Shown: positions 10,052 to 21,729 of the stretch, piece after piece
Layout: every line of letters starts with the position of its first letter
Numbering within the stretch: the first letter of the stretch is position 1
Assembly: GCA_965197525.1 (NCBI GenBank)
Contig: OZ240211.1
Span: 1,792,001 to 1,856,000, forward strand
DNA from: Nitrosopumilus sp.
Lineage (GTDB): Archaea > Thermoproteota > Nitrososphaeria > Nitrososphaerales > Nitrosopumilaceae
Length of the DNA: 64,000 nt
Direction of reading: 5' to 3'
Translations under genes and position numbers: made by a program
The notes under the pieces: model-generated
Databases searched by the model: none
What the model saw: the letters and a program-made list of their open reading frames with translations, nothing else
What the model was told of the DNA's origin: nothing

Positions 10052-10219
10052 TTATTGTTTTTGTTTTCTCAATAGAAATTGCATTACGGCCTCTCTGGAA
10101 TAGTCTATTCCGTGCTCTTCCTCATTATGCGTTCTGAATTTATCAACAACCACATCAATCTCTCCATCAGCTATAAAATCACACTCAAATCCATAATTTT
10201 TACATTTGAGCTCGACCAT
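10052..10219 (-). CDS. DUF1059-like small metal-binding protein (55 aa, absent from ORF track)
   Basis: Hand translation MVELKCKNYGFECDFIADGEIDVVVDKFRTHNEEEHGIDYSREAVMQFLLRKQKQ; C..C/H..H pattern. Confidence 0.8.
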   Translation of the reverse strand: MVELKCKNYGFECDFIADGEIDVVVDKFRTHNEEEHGIDYSREAVMQFLLRKQKQ

Positions 10220-10337
10220 ACTACTTTTTTAACAAGTTTACAATATAAAAATCCACAGGTACTACGTATGTAGTTGCGTCATCTCTAAAATTATTTTATT
10301 GTGTAAGTCACACTTGGTTCATTCCGCCTTTTTATTA

Positions 10338-11222
10338 TCATCCATATGACTCGAACTTTATCCCGAAACTACCATCAGGATTTTTCTCATGTTCTGTTAC
10401 GAATCCTTTTGCCCCTATTGAATCAATTACTCCGTCAATTGTCCCCTGGTAGCCACAAATGTATATAATTGTATTCACTGGAGTTATCTCTTCTCCTACT
10501 ATCTCTTCAATTGGCGACAACCCTGTTTTTTTGTTGGGTGTAAAAAATGATTCAACCCTTCCAACATGACCATTCCATGATCTGTTAAAATACTCTTTTG
10601 GTCTGCTAATTGCAGCTCTGTACCTGAAATTCCATTGATCTCTACCTCTCTTTTCGCTTTCCATCTCTAGATCAGTTAAAAGACGTTTGTAGCTTAACTC
10701 ATCAACGTAGCTTGCACCGTGCAGTATTACAACCTCACGTTTGTCATTGATGTCATGGAAATGTTTTGCAAATGCGATAAATGGTGCTAATCCTGTTCCT
10801 CCACCTACGCAAATTATTCGTCTGCTGTCTTTTTTACCATTGTGTAGCTTGTCGCTGATCTGTAATGCTGCACCTGTTGGTTCTCCTAGGTACACCTCGT
10901 CTCCTACATTTGCATAGAATAATTCAGTTGTTACTCTGCCCGGGAGTGGTTTTCTTACCCATCTAATTACAAATTCAAAATAGTCTCTATTTTCAGGATG
11001 TGATGCTATGGAATATGCTCTTCTTACTATCTTCTTCTCTGATGGTATTGGAACCCCTACTGTTAGGAACTGACCTGTCTTATATTTGGGCATTCCAGTC
11101 TCTGGTACCAGTCGTATAATTACCAGATCCTCCTTTAATAGTTCCATGTATGTGACTTTTGCTTTTACTTCTGATACCATCAAGTTATTTTTTGTTACTT
11201 TGGATAAATACATTTCTGTCAT
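10338..11222 (-). CDS. fpr: Ferredoxin-NADP(+) reductase
   Basis: RAYSIAS, GGGTGLAPF, YICG and C-terminal FESYG motifs. Confidence 0.9.
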   Translation of the reverse strand: MTEMYLSKVTKNNLMVSEVKAKVTYMELLKEDLVIIRLVPETGMPKYKTGQFLTVGVPIPSEKKIVRRAYSIASHPENRDYFEFVIRWVRKPLPGRVTTELFYANVGDEVYLGEPTGAALQISDKLHNGKKDSRRIICVGGGTGLAPFIAFAKHFHDINDKREVVILHGASYVDELSYKRLLTDLEMESEKRGRDQWNFRYRAAISRPKEYFNRSWNGHVGRVESFFTPNKKTGLSPIEEIVGEEITPVNTIIYICGYQGTIDGVIDSIGAKGFVTEHEKNPDGSFGIKFESYG

Positions 11223-11350
11223 GTTTCATTTCTACAATGTCCAAAAAATAGTATACCCCTTAAAATTTGGATGAAATTCTGGTGGCAGAATCTGAAAGAA
11301 GTCAAGGTATGTGAGCCATTACACAAAACAGGATCAATCCAAGAGCAATC

Positions 11351-11691
11351 ATGGGAAGACTAGACGAAGCAAAGATGCGATGGATAATTCGTGAGAAGAG
11401 GAAAAGAGATCTCACAAATCGGCAGATAGCAGAATCCATGAAAATCTCCATAATTTGTATCACGAAACTGTGGGCCAGATACGGGTACGTGGAATATGCA
11501 AAAATAATATATTCGACACGTATTGGACGGCAGGAAGCTGGCACGCCTGGACGCAAAGAAAACTCTGTAGTGATATCTGTACGCCACAAGTATGCCTGTG
11601 TGGCAGTCAAACTTGAAGAATGCATCAGAGATGACAGCGGTGTTCATATACCGCATATGACTATTCACAGTATACTGGCAGAGGATGACTA
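11351..11691 (+). pseudogene. IS481-like transposase N-terminal (HTH) fragment interrupted by IS630
   Basis: RWIIREK...QIAESMKIS...KLWARY HTH and HMTIHSIL motif; no integrase core follows. Confidence 0.6.
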
Positions 11692-12790
11692 TAGCTAAAA
11701 GAATAGGTTCATTCGGATAAATATTTTGCACTGAAATACATAGCTCAAACCTAGCCACAAACCTGCATGGCAAGCACAGAACACGACAGGCTTAAGATGA
11801 CATATAAAAAAGAAAGGGATCCTCGAATTCGTTCACGAATTTTTGCAGTGCATATGGTATGCGTGTTGAAGAAAAGTGTCAACGAGACTGCCGAAATTAC
11901 CATGCAGTAATCCAGAATGGGTCACAAAGTGGGTACAAAGATACCGTGAGGGCAAAATAGAAGCCCTTGCGGATCTTCTTAGATCTGGAAGACCTCCTGT
12001 CATACCGCAATGCGACATGGACTGCATAATGAAAGATGCAATACAGAACAAGACTACTCCTGTCATGTTGCAACAAAAAATACAACAAGACTATGGCGTG
12101 TCTTATCATATAACACATGTTCGAAATATCATGCGCAGATACAATATGTCTCCAAAGGTTTCACAACTACTCCACATAAACCACGCCACAGTATCTCAGG
12201 TACGTAACTGGCAGTATCGACTAAATGAAGCTATTTCATGCCTAAAATCCGACGGTTTTACAGTTTGTGTAATGGGTGAAGCAATCTTCATACATGATTC
12301 GATGAGAGGACGAAAATATTGGTCTCCAATAGGGACTAGAATCATTACACCATATATCAGAAACCATAAGAGAATTATCGTGTATGGTGTCATCACAGAT
12401 GATGGTAGGCAGACGTTCAGGACCCATGAAAAATTCAACGGCGATGTATTTTATGATTATGTCATACAACTGCATCGAAAGTGGGGCAAGATTGACATAT
12501 TGTGTGACAGGGCATCATCACACAAGACACACAAGATCAAAAGATTATTGCGCAACAATAAGAGTATTCGAATCATCTATCTGCCACGTGGTTCTCCATA
12601 TCTTAATGCCGTAGAGGCTTGTTGGCATATTGGTAAACGTGAGCTACTGGTATCTGAATACTATTCAACGTTTACTGCCATGTGCAACGCAATTTCAAAA
12701 TATTACAGAACAGTCAGGTTTAAGCTTGATCTGTTTACATATCTGTACAGATCTCCTTTGAAGATCCTAACGAACTTTGTCTCGTAGCTA
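11692..12790 (+). mobile_element. IS630-family element, probably inactive
   Basis: Imperfect TIRs TAGCTAAAAGAATAGGTTCATTCGGAT / TAGCTACGAGACAAAGTTCGTTAGGAT (rc), flanked by TA at 11690-91 and 12791-92. Confidence 0.88.
11767..12787 (+). pseudogene. IS630 transposase, frameshifted
   Basis: 47-aa N-terminus (MASTEHDRLK...) stops at 11910 and continues in another frame; DDE reads VMGEAIF (first Asp replaced by Gly), LCDRASSH, LNAVEACW. Confidence 0.85.
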
Positions 12791-12867
12791 TACATCCAGT
12801 CAGAATATTGAACAATACCTTTTCAGAAAACCGATTGCAAAGACTTTTTGACGTCACTCTACTATGT

Positions 12868-12981
12868 CAAATAAGGGGGGAGGGGGGACTACTTTTCATA
12901 TATCACAAATAAGGGGGGAGGGGGGACTACTTTTCATATATCACAAATAAGGGAGGAGGGGGGACTACTTTTCATATATTA
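12868..12981 (+). repeat. 3 x 38-bp G-rich tandem repeat
   Basis: Unit CAAATAAGGGGGGAGGGGGGACTACTTTTCATATATCA at 12868, 12906 and 12944 (third copy slightly varied); no spacers. Confidence 0.97.
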
Positions 12982-13039
12982 CAATCTACTGTATTAATAG
13001 ATACACCTAATACCGTCCATTTATTCATATGATAGCATC

Positions 13040-16000
13040 ATGAGACATATAATGTTGGATTTTAATGTATGGCGAGATGAAGTTTTTCGATGCAGAATAA
13101 TCCATTCCAGGAATCTGCTGCACCGCAGGCAGAATCTAGGTTTGGCTGCTACACTGGTAGCAATCGCTGCGCTGGCAATTGGGATGACGGCAGGGCTCTT
13201 GGTCGTGCAGCCTGGGGGCTCGATCGGTACACCCCATGGGATAGGTGTTGGGGGGGATGCCGTTCCAGATGCGTGGCCCCTGTCCAGTGATATCGCATTC
13301 ACGTGGCTGTTGTCAGGATACGCGTTTGCACAGCTTCTGGAGGACGCGTTTGTAACCACTTGGAAGACCGACTCTGCCGGCCAGTCCATCACCATACCCG
13401 TGGGGGGTGCTACGGGTAACTACACCGTGGACTGGGGCGACGGCACCATGAGCGAGAACGTCACGGGAGACCAAATGCACCCGTACGCTTCCGCAGGCAA
13501 CCACACCGTCCGCATATCGGGCAACTTTACCATGATATACCTGAACAACGACCTTGACAATGCACCCAAGCTTGTGTCAATAGACCAATGGGGCGCCATC
13601 AAGTGGGAGTCGACGGCAAGGGCCTTCTACGGTGCGTCCGACATGGTCTACAAAGCCACAGACGTGCCGGATCTGTCTGAGGTGACCGACATGGTCTCAA
13701 TGTTTCACGACGCCCGCAATTTCAACGGCAACATCTCCAACTGGGACGTCTCGAATGTGACCGACATGAACAGCTTGTTCGAAGGCGCCCGCAATTTCAA
13801 CCAGCCGCTCAACGACTGGGACGTTTCGAACGTCGATTCCATGGCCAATATGTTCGACGGCGCCACCACGTTCGACCAGAACTTGGGGGAATGGTACGTG
13901 GTGCCCGCCGACACGGCATTTAACGCTGGCGACGCGTCACTCAACGTCACCACCATATCGGCCCAAAACGGCTTTCTGGATGACCAGCGTCCTAGGTACG
14001 GCATCGGAGCCGGCCAAAACTCGACGCTCTTCAACGTGACCGGCAATACCCTGATGTTCAAGAGCCCTACGGATCCAGGCAACTACAGGGTCAACGTGAC
14101 CGCGTCGGGCCCTGTCTTCGAGTCCAGCAACAACTGGCGCGTGCTTGGAGTGACGGTATCGGGTACATCCGACTTCGCCCCGACGGCAAGCGCCGGTCCA
14201 GACCTTGTTCTCACGGAGGGTGCTGTCTTCATGCTGAACGGCTCGGCCACAGATCCGAACGGCGGCGGGCTGACGTACTTGTGGACTCAGAGTCCAGCGT
14301 CCACGGTGGTCGCTTTCAGCGACACGTCCTCGCCCACCGCCACCATCACAGTGCCGCAGGTCACGGCAAACACCAACGTCACTCTCACCCTGACCGCAAC
14401 CAACACCTCCTTGGCCTCAGCAACCGACTCGCTGGTCCTGGCGATAAGGGAGACGGGCTCAGCATTTCTCACCACTTGGAACGTGACCGAAACCGGCACG
14501 ACCGTGTCCATACCGACGTATGGTGCGTACGAGATAATCTGGGGCGACGGCAGCGCGGAGGCCGTCAGATTCAACGGTCTCCAGTCGCACTCCTACTCTG
14601 CCGCCGGGATGTACCAGGTGGCCATGACCTCTGGCCTCTCAAGGATAGGCCTTTCTGGCTCTGACGCCACGCCGAAGAGATTGGCCTCAATCGACCAGTG
14701 GGGGGAGATCCAGTGGACGTCTATGCAGGCCGCCTTTCAGAGTGCCTCCGCCATGACCTACGGCGCGACCGATGCCCCAGACCTCTCCGGTGTGACCAGC
14801 ATGGTCAACATGTTCTGGGGCGCCACCTCCTTCAACGGAAACATCTCCTCCTGGGACGTCTCAAACGTCGTGAACATGAACAGCATGTTTACGAGCGCCA
14901 CCTCCTTCAACGGAAACATCTCCTCTTGGGACGTCTCAAACGTCGTGAACATGAACAGCATGTTTACGAGCGCCACCTCCTTCAACGGAAACATCTCCTC
15001 CTGGGACGTCTCGAGAGTCACAGATATGGCCCACATGTTCAATGGCGCCACCTCCTTCAACGGAAACATCTCCTCCTGGGACGTCTCGAGAGTCACAGAT
15101 ATGGTCCACATGTTCTATGGCGCCACCTCCTTCAATCATGACATCTCCTCCTGGGACGTCTCGAGAGTCACCGACATGCGCAACATGTTCCGGGACGCCA
15201 CCTCCTTCAACGGAAACATCTCCTCTTGGGACGTCTCGAGAGTCACCGACATGTCCGGCATGTTCTATCGAGCCACCTCCTTCAACGGGAACATCTCCTC
15301 CTGGGACGTCTCGAGCGTCACCGACATGTACGTCATGTTCTATCGAGCCACCTCCTTCAATCAGGACATCTCCTCCTGGGACGTCTCGGATGTAGCCGTC
15401 ATGCGCGCCATGTTCCAGCGAGCCACCTCCTTCAACGGGAACATCTCCTCCTGGGACGTCTCGAGCGTCACCGACATACGCACCATGTTCCAGCACGCCA
15501 CCTCCTTCAATCAGGACATCTCCTCCTGGGACGTCTCGGATGTAGCCGTCATGCACGCCATGTTCCAAGGCGCATCTGCCTTTGACCAGAATCTGGGTAA
15601 TTGGTATGTCGTACTCGATGATACCGTGATATTCAACGCGACTGAGACACTTGCCATAAGGGCACAAAACTCGTGGCTTGACAACCGGAATCCCACGTAC
15701 GGCCTTGGCACGGGCGGCGACTCGGATCTCTTTGTGATCACTGGCGATATCTTGGGGCGGAACTCTACTGTTGATTATTCTGGCAAGACTGGGTATTCGG
15801 TCAACATTACCTCTACTGGAGATTTTGGCACCAGTAACTACCGTATATATGATATAACCGTAACCGGCGAAGACACGATTCCCGATACCGTCCCAACTGT
15901 TACGTCAATCGAGAGGAGCAACCCGGTAGCGGAGACCACTTCCGCGCAGACCTTGGTCTTTGCGGTCACGTTCAGCGAGGACGTCACCGACGTGGATGCC

Positions 16001-19000
16001 GGTGACTTTGCGCTGTCATCGGACAGCACTGGAACAGGCAGCGTGACAAACCTGGTAGGCTCGGGCAGCCAGTACCTAGTGGGCGTCTCGACCACGCAGG
16101 ACGGCACCTACAACCTTGATCTGGTATCGTCAGGACACGGTATAACAGATGAATCAAACAACCCTCTAACAAACGTGATTCCAACTACAGGTACTGACGA
16201 GACGTATACCGTCAATACTGTACCTGCTGACACCACTGCGCCAACATTATCATCAATTGAGCGGTACAATCCATCTACAGAAAACACCGACAGCCAGACG
16301 CTGACCTACAAGGTGACCTTTAGCGAGGACGTCACCGGAGTGGACACGACTGACTTTACCCTGTCTTCTGATAGCACGGGCGGATCAAGCTCTGCCCAGT
16401 TCACACAGACACGTTCTCCTGCCATTGCCATAACTGCAGCTAACACCATAACAGATACCATTACAGTTACCGGCTCTGGTACTGTTATGTCAGTCTCTGT
16501 CGCCGTGGACGTCTCCCACACGTACAAAGGCGATCTCAAGGTTGATCTTATTGCACCTGATGGTACAATCAAGACCGTCCACAACCGCTCTGGAGGCAGC
16601 GCCGATGACATAGACCAGACATACACACCAGACTTTGCCGGTGTTTCAATTGCAGGTACCTGGACTTTGAGGATAAACGACAACTATGCAGCTGCAGACG
16701 ACGGTACCCTGAACAGCTGGACGCTTACGATCAATTCTGGTAGTAGTAGCGGTACGTCAAACCCCGTAACATCGATCTCAGGTTCTGGTGACACGTACCA
16801 AGTGACAGTCTCTGCCACACAGGACGGCACATACAACCTTGATCTGATATCGTCAGGACACGGCATCGAAGACGAATCAAACAATCCACTAACAGACGTG
16901 ACTCCAACTACAGGTACTGACGAGACGTATACCGTCAATACTGCACCTGCTGACACCACTGAACCTGCTGACACCACTGCACCAACATTATCATCAATTG
17001 AGCGGTCCAGTCCAGCTACACAAAACACAGACAACCAGACGCTAGTCTACGAGGTGACATTCAGCGAGAACGTCACCGGAGTGGATACGACTGACTTTGC
17101 CCTGTCTTCTGATAGCACGGGCGGATCAAGCTCTGCCCAGTTCACACAGACACGTTCTCCTGCCATTGCCATAACTGCAGCTAACACCATAACAGATACC
17201 ATCACAGTCCCAGACTCTGGTACTGTTACGTCAGTCTCTGTCGCAATAGATGTCTCCCACACGTACAAAGGCGATCTCAAGGTTGATCTTATTGCACCTG
17301 ATGGTACAATCAAGACCGTCCACAACCGCTCTGGAGGCAGCGCCGATGACATAGACCAGACATACACACCAGACTTTGCAGGCGTTCCAATTGCAGGTAT
17401 CTGGACGCTACAGATAAACGACAACTATGCCACCGCAGACGACGGCACCCTGAACAGCTGGACGCTTACGATCAATCCTGATAGTAGTAGTGGTACATCA
17501 AACCCTGTAACATCGATCTCAGGTTCTGGCGACACGTACCAAGTGACGGTTTCGGCCACACAGGACGGCACATACAACCTTGATCTGATATCGTCAGGAC
17601 ACGGCATCGAAGACGAATCAAACAATCCACTAACAGACGTGACTCCAACTACAGGTACTGACGAGACGTATACCGTCAATACTGTACCTGCTGACACCAC
17701 TGCGCCAACACTATCATCAATTGAGCGGTACAATCCATCTACAGAAAACACCGACAACCAGACGCTGACCTACAAGGTGATCTTCAGCGAGGATGTCACC
17801 GGAGTGGACACGACTGACTTTACCCTGTCTTCTGATAGCACGGGCGGATCAAGCTCTGCCCAGTTCACACAGACACGTTCTCCTGCCATTGCCATAACTG
17901 CAGCTAACACCATAACAGATACCATTACAGTTACCGGCTCTGGTACTGTTATGTCAGTCTCTGTCGCCGTGGATGTCTCCCACACGTACAAAGGCGATCT
18001 CAAGGTTGATCTTATTGCACCTGATGGAACCATCAAGACCGTCCACAACCGCTCTGGAGGCAGCGCCGATGACATAGACCAGACATACACACCAGACTTT
18101 GCAGGCGTTCCAATTGCAGGTATCTGGACGCTACAGATAAACGACAACTATGCCACCGCAGACGACGGCACCCTGAACAGCTGGACGCTTACGATCAATC
18201 CTGATAATAGTAGTGGTACATCAAACCCTGTAACATCGATCTCAGGTTCTGGCGACACGTACCAAGTGACGGTTTCGGCCACACAGGACGGCACATACAA
18301 CCTTGATCTGATATCGTCAGGACACGGCATCGAAGACGAATCAAACAATCCACTAACAGACGTGACTCCAACTACAGGTACTGACGAGACGTATACCGTC
18401 AATACTGTACCTGCTGACACCACTGCGCCAACACTATCATCAATTGAGCGGTACAATCCATCTACAGAAAACACCGACAACCAGACGCTGACCTACAAGG
18501 TGATCTTCAGCGAGGATGTCACCGGAGTGGACACGACTGACTTTACCCTGTCTTCTGATAGCACGGGCGGATCAAGCTCTGCCCAGTTCACACAGACACG
18601 TTCTCCTGCCATTGCCATAACTGCAGCTAACACCATAACAGATACCATTACAGTTACCGGCTCTGGTACTGTTATGTCAGTCTCTGTCGCCGTGGATGTC
18701 TCCCACACGTACAAAGGCGATCTCAAGGTTGATCTTATTGCACCTGATGGAACCATCAAGACCGTCCACAACCGCTCTGGAGGCAGCGCCGATGACATAG
18801 ACCAGACATACACACCAGACTTTGCAGGCGTTCCAATTGCAGGTATCTGGACGCTACAGATAAACGACAACTATGCCACCGCAGACGACGGCACCCTGAA
18901 CAGCTGGACGCTTACGATCAATCCTGATAGTAGTAGTGGTACATCAAACCCTGTAACATCGATCTCAGGTTCTGGCGACACGTACCAAGTGACGGTTTCG

Positions 19001-20585
19001 GCCACACAGGACGGCACATACAACCTTGATCTGATATCGTCAGGACACGGCATCGAAGACGAATCAAACAATCCACTAACAGACGTGACTCCAACTACAG
19101 GTACTGACGAGACGTATACCGTCAATACTGTACCTGCTGACACCACTGCGCCAACACTATCATCAATTGAGCGGTACAATCCATCTACAGAAAACACCGA
19201 CAACCAGACGCTGACCTACAAGGTGATCTTCAGCGAGGATGTCACCGGAGTGGACACGACTGACTTTACCCTGTCTTCTGATAGCACGGGCGGATCAAGC
19301 TCTGCCCAGTTCACACAGACACGTTCTCCTGCCATTGCCATAACTGCAGCTAACACCATAACAGATACCATTACAGTTACCGGCTCTGGTACTGTTATGT
19401 CAGTCTCTGTCGCCGTGGATGTCTCCCACACGTACAAAGGCGATCTCAAGGTTGATCTTATTGCACCTGATGGAACCATCAAGACCGTCCACAACCGCTC
19501 TGGAGGCAGCGCCGATGACATAGACCAGACATACACACCAGACTTTGCAGGCGTTCCAATTGCAGGTATCTGGACGCTACAGATAAACGACAACTATGCC
19601 ACCGCAGACGACGGCACCCTGAACAGCTGGACGCTTACGATCAATCCTGATAGTAAGTAGTGGTACATCAAACCCTGTAACATCGATCTCAGGTTCTGGC
19701 GACACGTACCAAGTGACGGTTTCGGCCACACAGGACGGCACATACAACCTTGATCTGATATCGTCAGGACACGGCATCGAAGACGAATCAAACAATCCAC
19801 TAACAGACGTGACTCCAACTACAGGTACTGACGAGACGTATACCGTCAATACTGTACCTGCTGACACCACTGCGCCAACACTATCATCAATTGAGCGGTA
19901 CAATCCATCTACAGAAAACACCGACAACCAGACGCTGACCTACAAGGTGATCTTCAGCGAGGATGTCACCGGAGTGGACACGACTGACTTTACCCTGTCT
20001 TCTGATAGCACGGGCGGATCAAGCTCTGCCCAGTTCACACAGACACGTTCTCCTGCCATTGCCATAACTGCAGCTAACACCATAACAGATACCATTACAG
20101 TCCCAGATTCTGGCACTGTTACGTCAGTCTCTGTCGCCGTGGACGTCTCCCACACGTACAAAGGCGACCTCAAGATAGATCTTATTGCACCTGATGGAAC
20201 CATCAAGACCGTCCACAACCGCTCTGGAGGCAGCGCCGATGACATAGACCAGACATACACACCAGACTTTGCAGGCGTTCCAATTGCAGGTATCTGGACG
20301 CTACAGATAAACGACAACTATGCAGCTGCCGATGACGGTACCCTGAACAGCTGGACGCTTACGATCAATCCTGGTAGCAGCAGCAGTAGCAGCGATACGT
20401 CAAACCCTGTAACATCGATCTCAGGTTCTGGCAATACGTATTACGTGACAGTCTCTGCTGTACAGGACGGCACATACAATCTTGATCTGGTGTCATCAGG
20501 GCACGGTATAACGGATGAATCAAGCAACCCGTTGACCGACACCGTTTCCACCGGAGCGGATCACACCTACACAGTTGGTGTGTAG
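13040..20585 (+). CDS. Giant secreted/surface protein: DUF285 (BspA-like LRR), PKD/Ig-like domains and six proprotein-convertase P-domain units; frameshift at ~19655
   Basis: N-terminal hydrophobic segment; WDVS repeats; VDWGDG/IIWGDG PKD motifs; HTYKGDLKVDLIAPDG P-domain x6; extra A at 19655-56 relative to sister repeats splits the gene into 13040-19660 and the 19713-20585 frame. Confidence 0.88.
14821..15590 (+). repeat. About ten 75-bp (25-aa) DUF285 tandem repeats
   Basis: ATSFNGNISSWDVSxVxxMxxMFxx units with near-identical GCCACCTCCTTCAA...CTCCTCCTGGGACGTCTC DNA. Confidence 0.95.
16220..20570 (+). repeat. Six ~723-bp tandem units (Ig-like domain with inserted P-domain)
   Basis: Homologous antisense ORFs start at 16306, 17047, 17770, 18493, 19216, 19940 (periods 741, 723, 723, 723, 724). 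Confidence 0.97.
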
Positions 20586-20813
20586 TTGGTGGATTATATA
20601 CATATGTAACTAGTTTGTTCAGGTTGCAAATGTGACAACAATGCACGATGACAGGTTAAGGCATTCAAACTAAAGTGCGCTAAGCACAGTTTCGCATAGG
20701 GGTCGATCCATCACTTGGACTACGACGAGGATGTTTTTACATGCATTCAAACTAAAGTTATTTTTACTTACATCATGAAAAAAAAAAGATTTAGAATCAC
20801 CGATTCTGTAAAT

Positions 20814-21626
20814 CTAATTTTTGATACTGCCATCAATCTGTAGCAGTATCTCATCGAGAACCTTTTGATTTGCAGCAGCAATAAATGACAATCTTGTCTC
20901 ATAACTCAGATCCCCGTCAAGCGGTTTTAGATCTGCATCTAGCAGTAATCCTTCTGCCTCTTTGATAATTATATAACCTGCAGCAATATCTTGAACTCTG
21001 ATCTTATCTCTCCAATCAATAAAGATATCCATCACCCCTCTTGCAAACAATGCCATCTCCAAAGCGTTTGCACCAAAGTGTCTGATATGATTATGATTCT
21101 CAAATATTGGATATAACTTTCTCACAAGCTCTTCAGTTGCGCCTGACGTATTGACTCCAACTATTTTGTATATTGGTTCCTTTTTGTGCACTGTAATCCG
21201 GGTATTGTCAAAAAATGCACCCTTGCCCTTTGATGCCCAATACATCTCTCCATTTGATAGATTCATGATGACCCCGTCAGTGATTGAACTCAGGCTGTTA
21301 TCTGTTGCAAATGCTAGAGAACTACAAAAGAATGGCACTCCACGTACTGCGTTTGCAGAACCGTCAATTGCATCCATAATGACAAATCCGTCTGGATTCT
21401 CTGAAAATTCTACGCGTCCACACTCTTCACCTAAAACCGTACCTTTGAATCCCATCTCTTTTAGGTAGTCAAGAACCGTCTTCTCTGCAACGATGTCTAT
21501 ATTTCGTGAAATATCTCCTCCTGCACCAACGCCAAAATCGCCTGCAGCTTCTTGCGTTCCTGCTAGATCTTTTACATTTTCATAAATCTTTTTTGAAGCC
21601 TCTTTGAGAATTTCTAACATATCCAC
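20814..21626 (-). CDS. suhB: Inositol monophosphatase / FBPase family protein
   Basis: LGEE, MDAIDGSAN, RHFGANA, DIAAG motifs. Confidence 0.9.
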   Translation of the reverse strand: MDMLEILKEASKKIYENVKDLAGTQEAAGDFGVGAGGDISRNIDIVAEKTVLDYLKEMGFKGTVLGEECGRVEFSENPDGFVIMDAIDGSANAVRGVPFFCSSLAFATDNSLSSITDGVIMNLSNGEMYWASKGKGAFFDNTRITVHKKEPIYKIVGVNTSGATEELVRKLYPIFENHNHIRHFGANALEMALFARGVMDIFIDWRDKIRVQDIAAGYIIIKEAEGLLLDADLKPLDGDLSYETRLSFIAAANQKVLDEILLQIDGSIKN

Positions 21627-21729
21627 GCAGTCAATCTAGTTAATCGTAATTTAAGTCAAGGAGGATCTGAGGAATTAAGAGAAGAGTTTGTTTTGAAAGC
21701 ATAAATAACAATCCACAGTCTTAACATTT

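Noticed and set aside
12868-12981. CRISPR array or archaeal origin (ORB G-string)
   Set aside because: Units are contiguous with no spacers, no cas or cdc6/orc1 gene is nearby, and there is no ORB dyad
14821-15590. Diversity-generating retroelement target
   Set aside because: No reverse transcriptase or template repeat in the window, and variation is not restricted to adenines
16306-20317. Repeated 110-125-aa antisense ORFs
   Set aside because: Shadows of the tandem-repeat adhesin on the opposite strand
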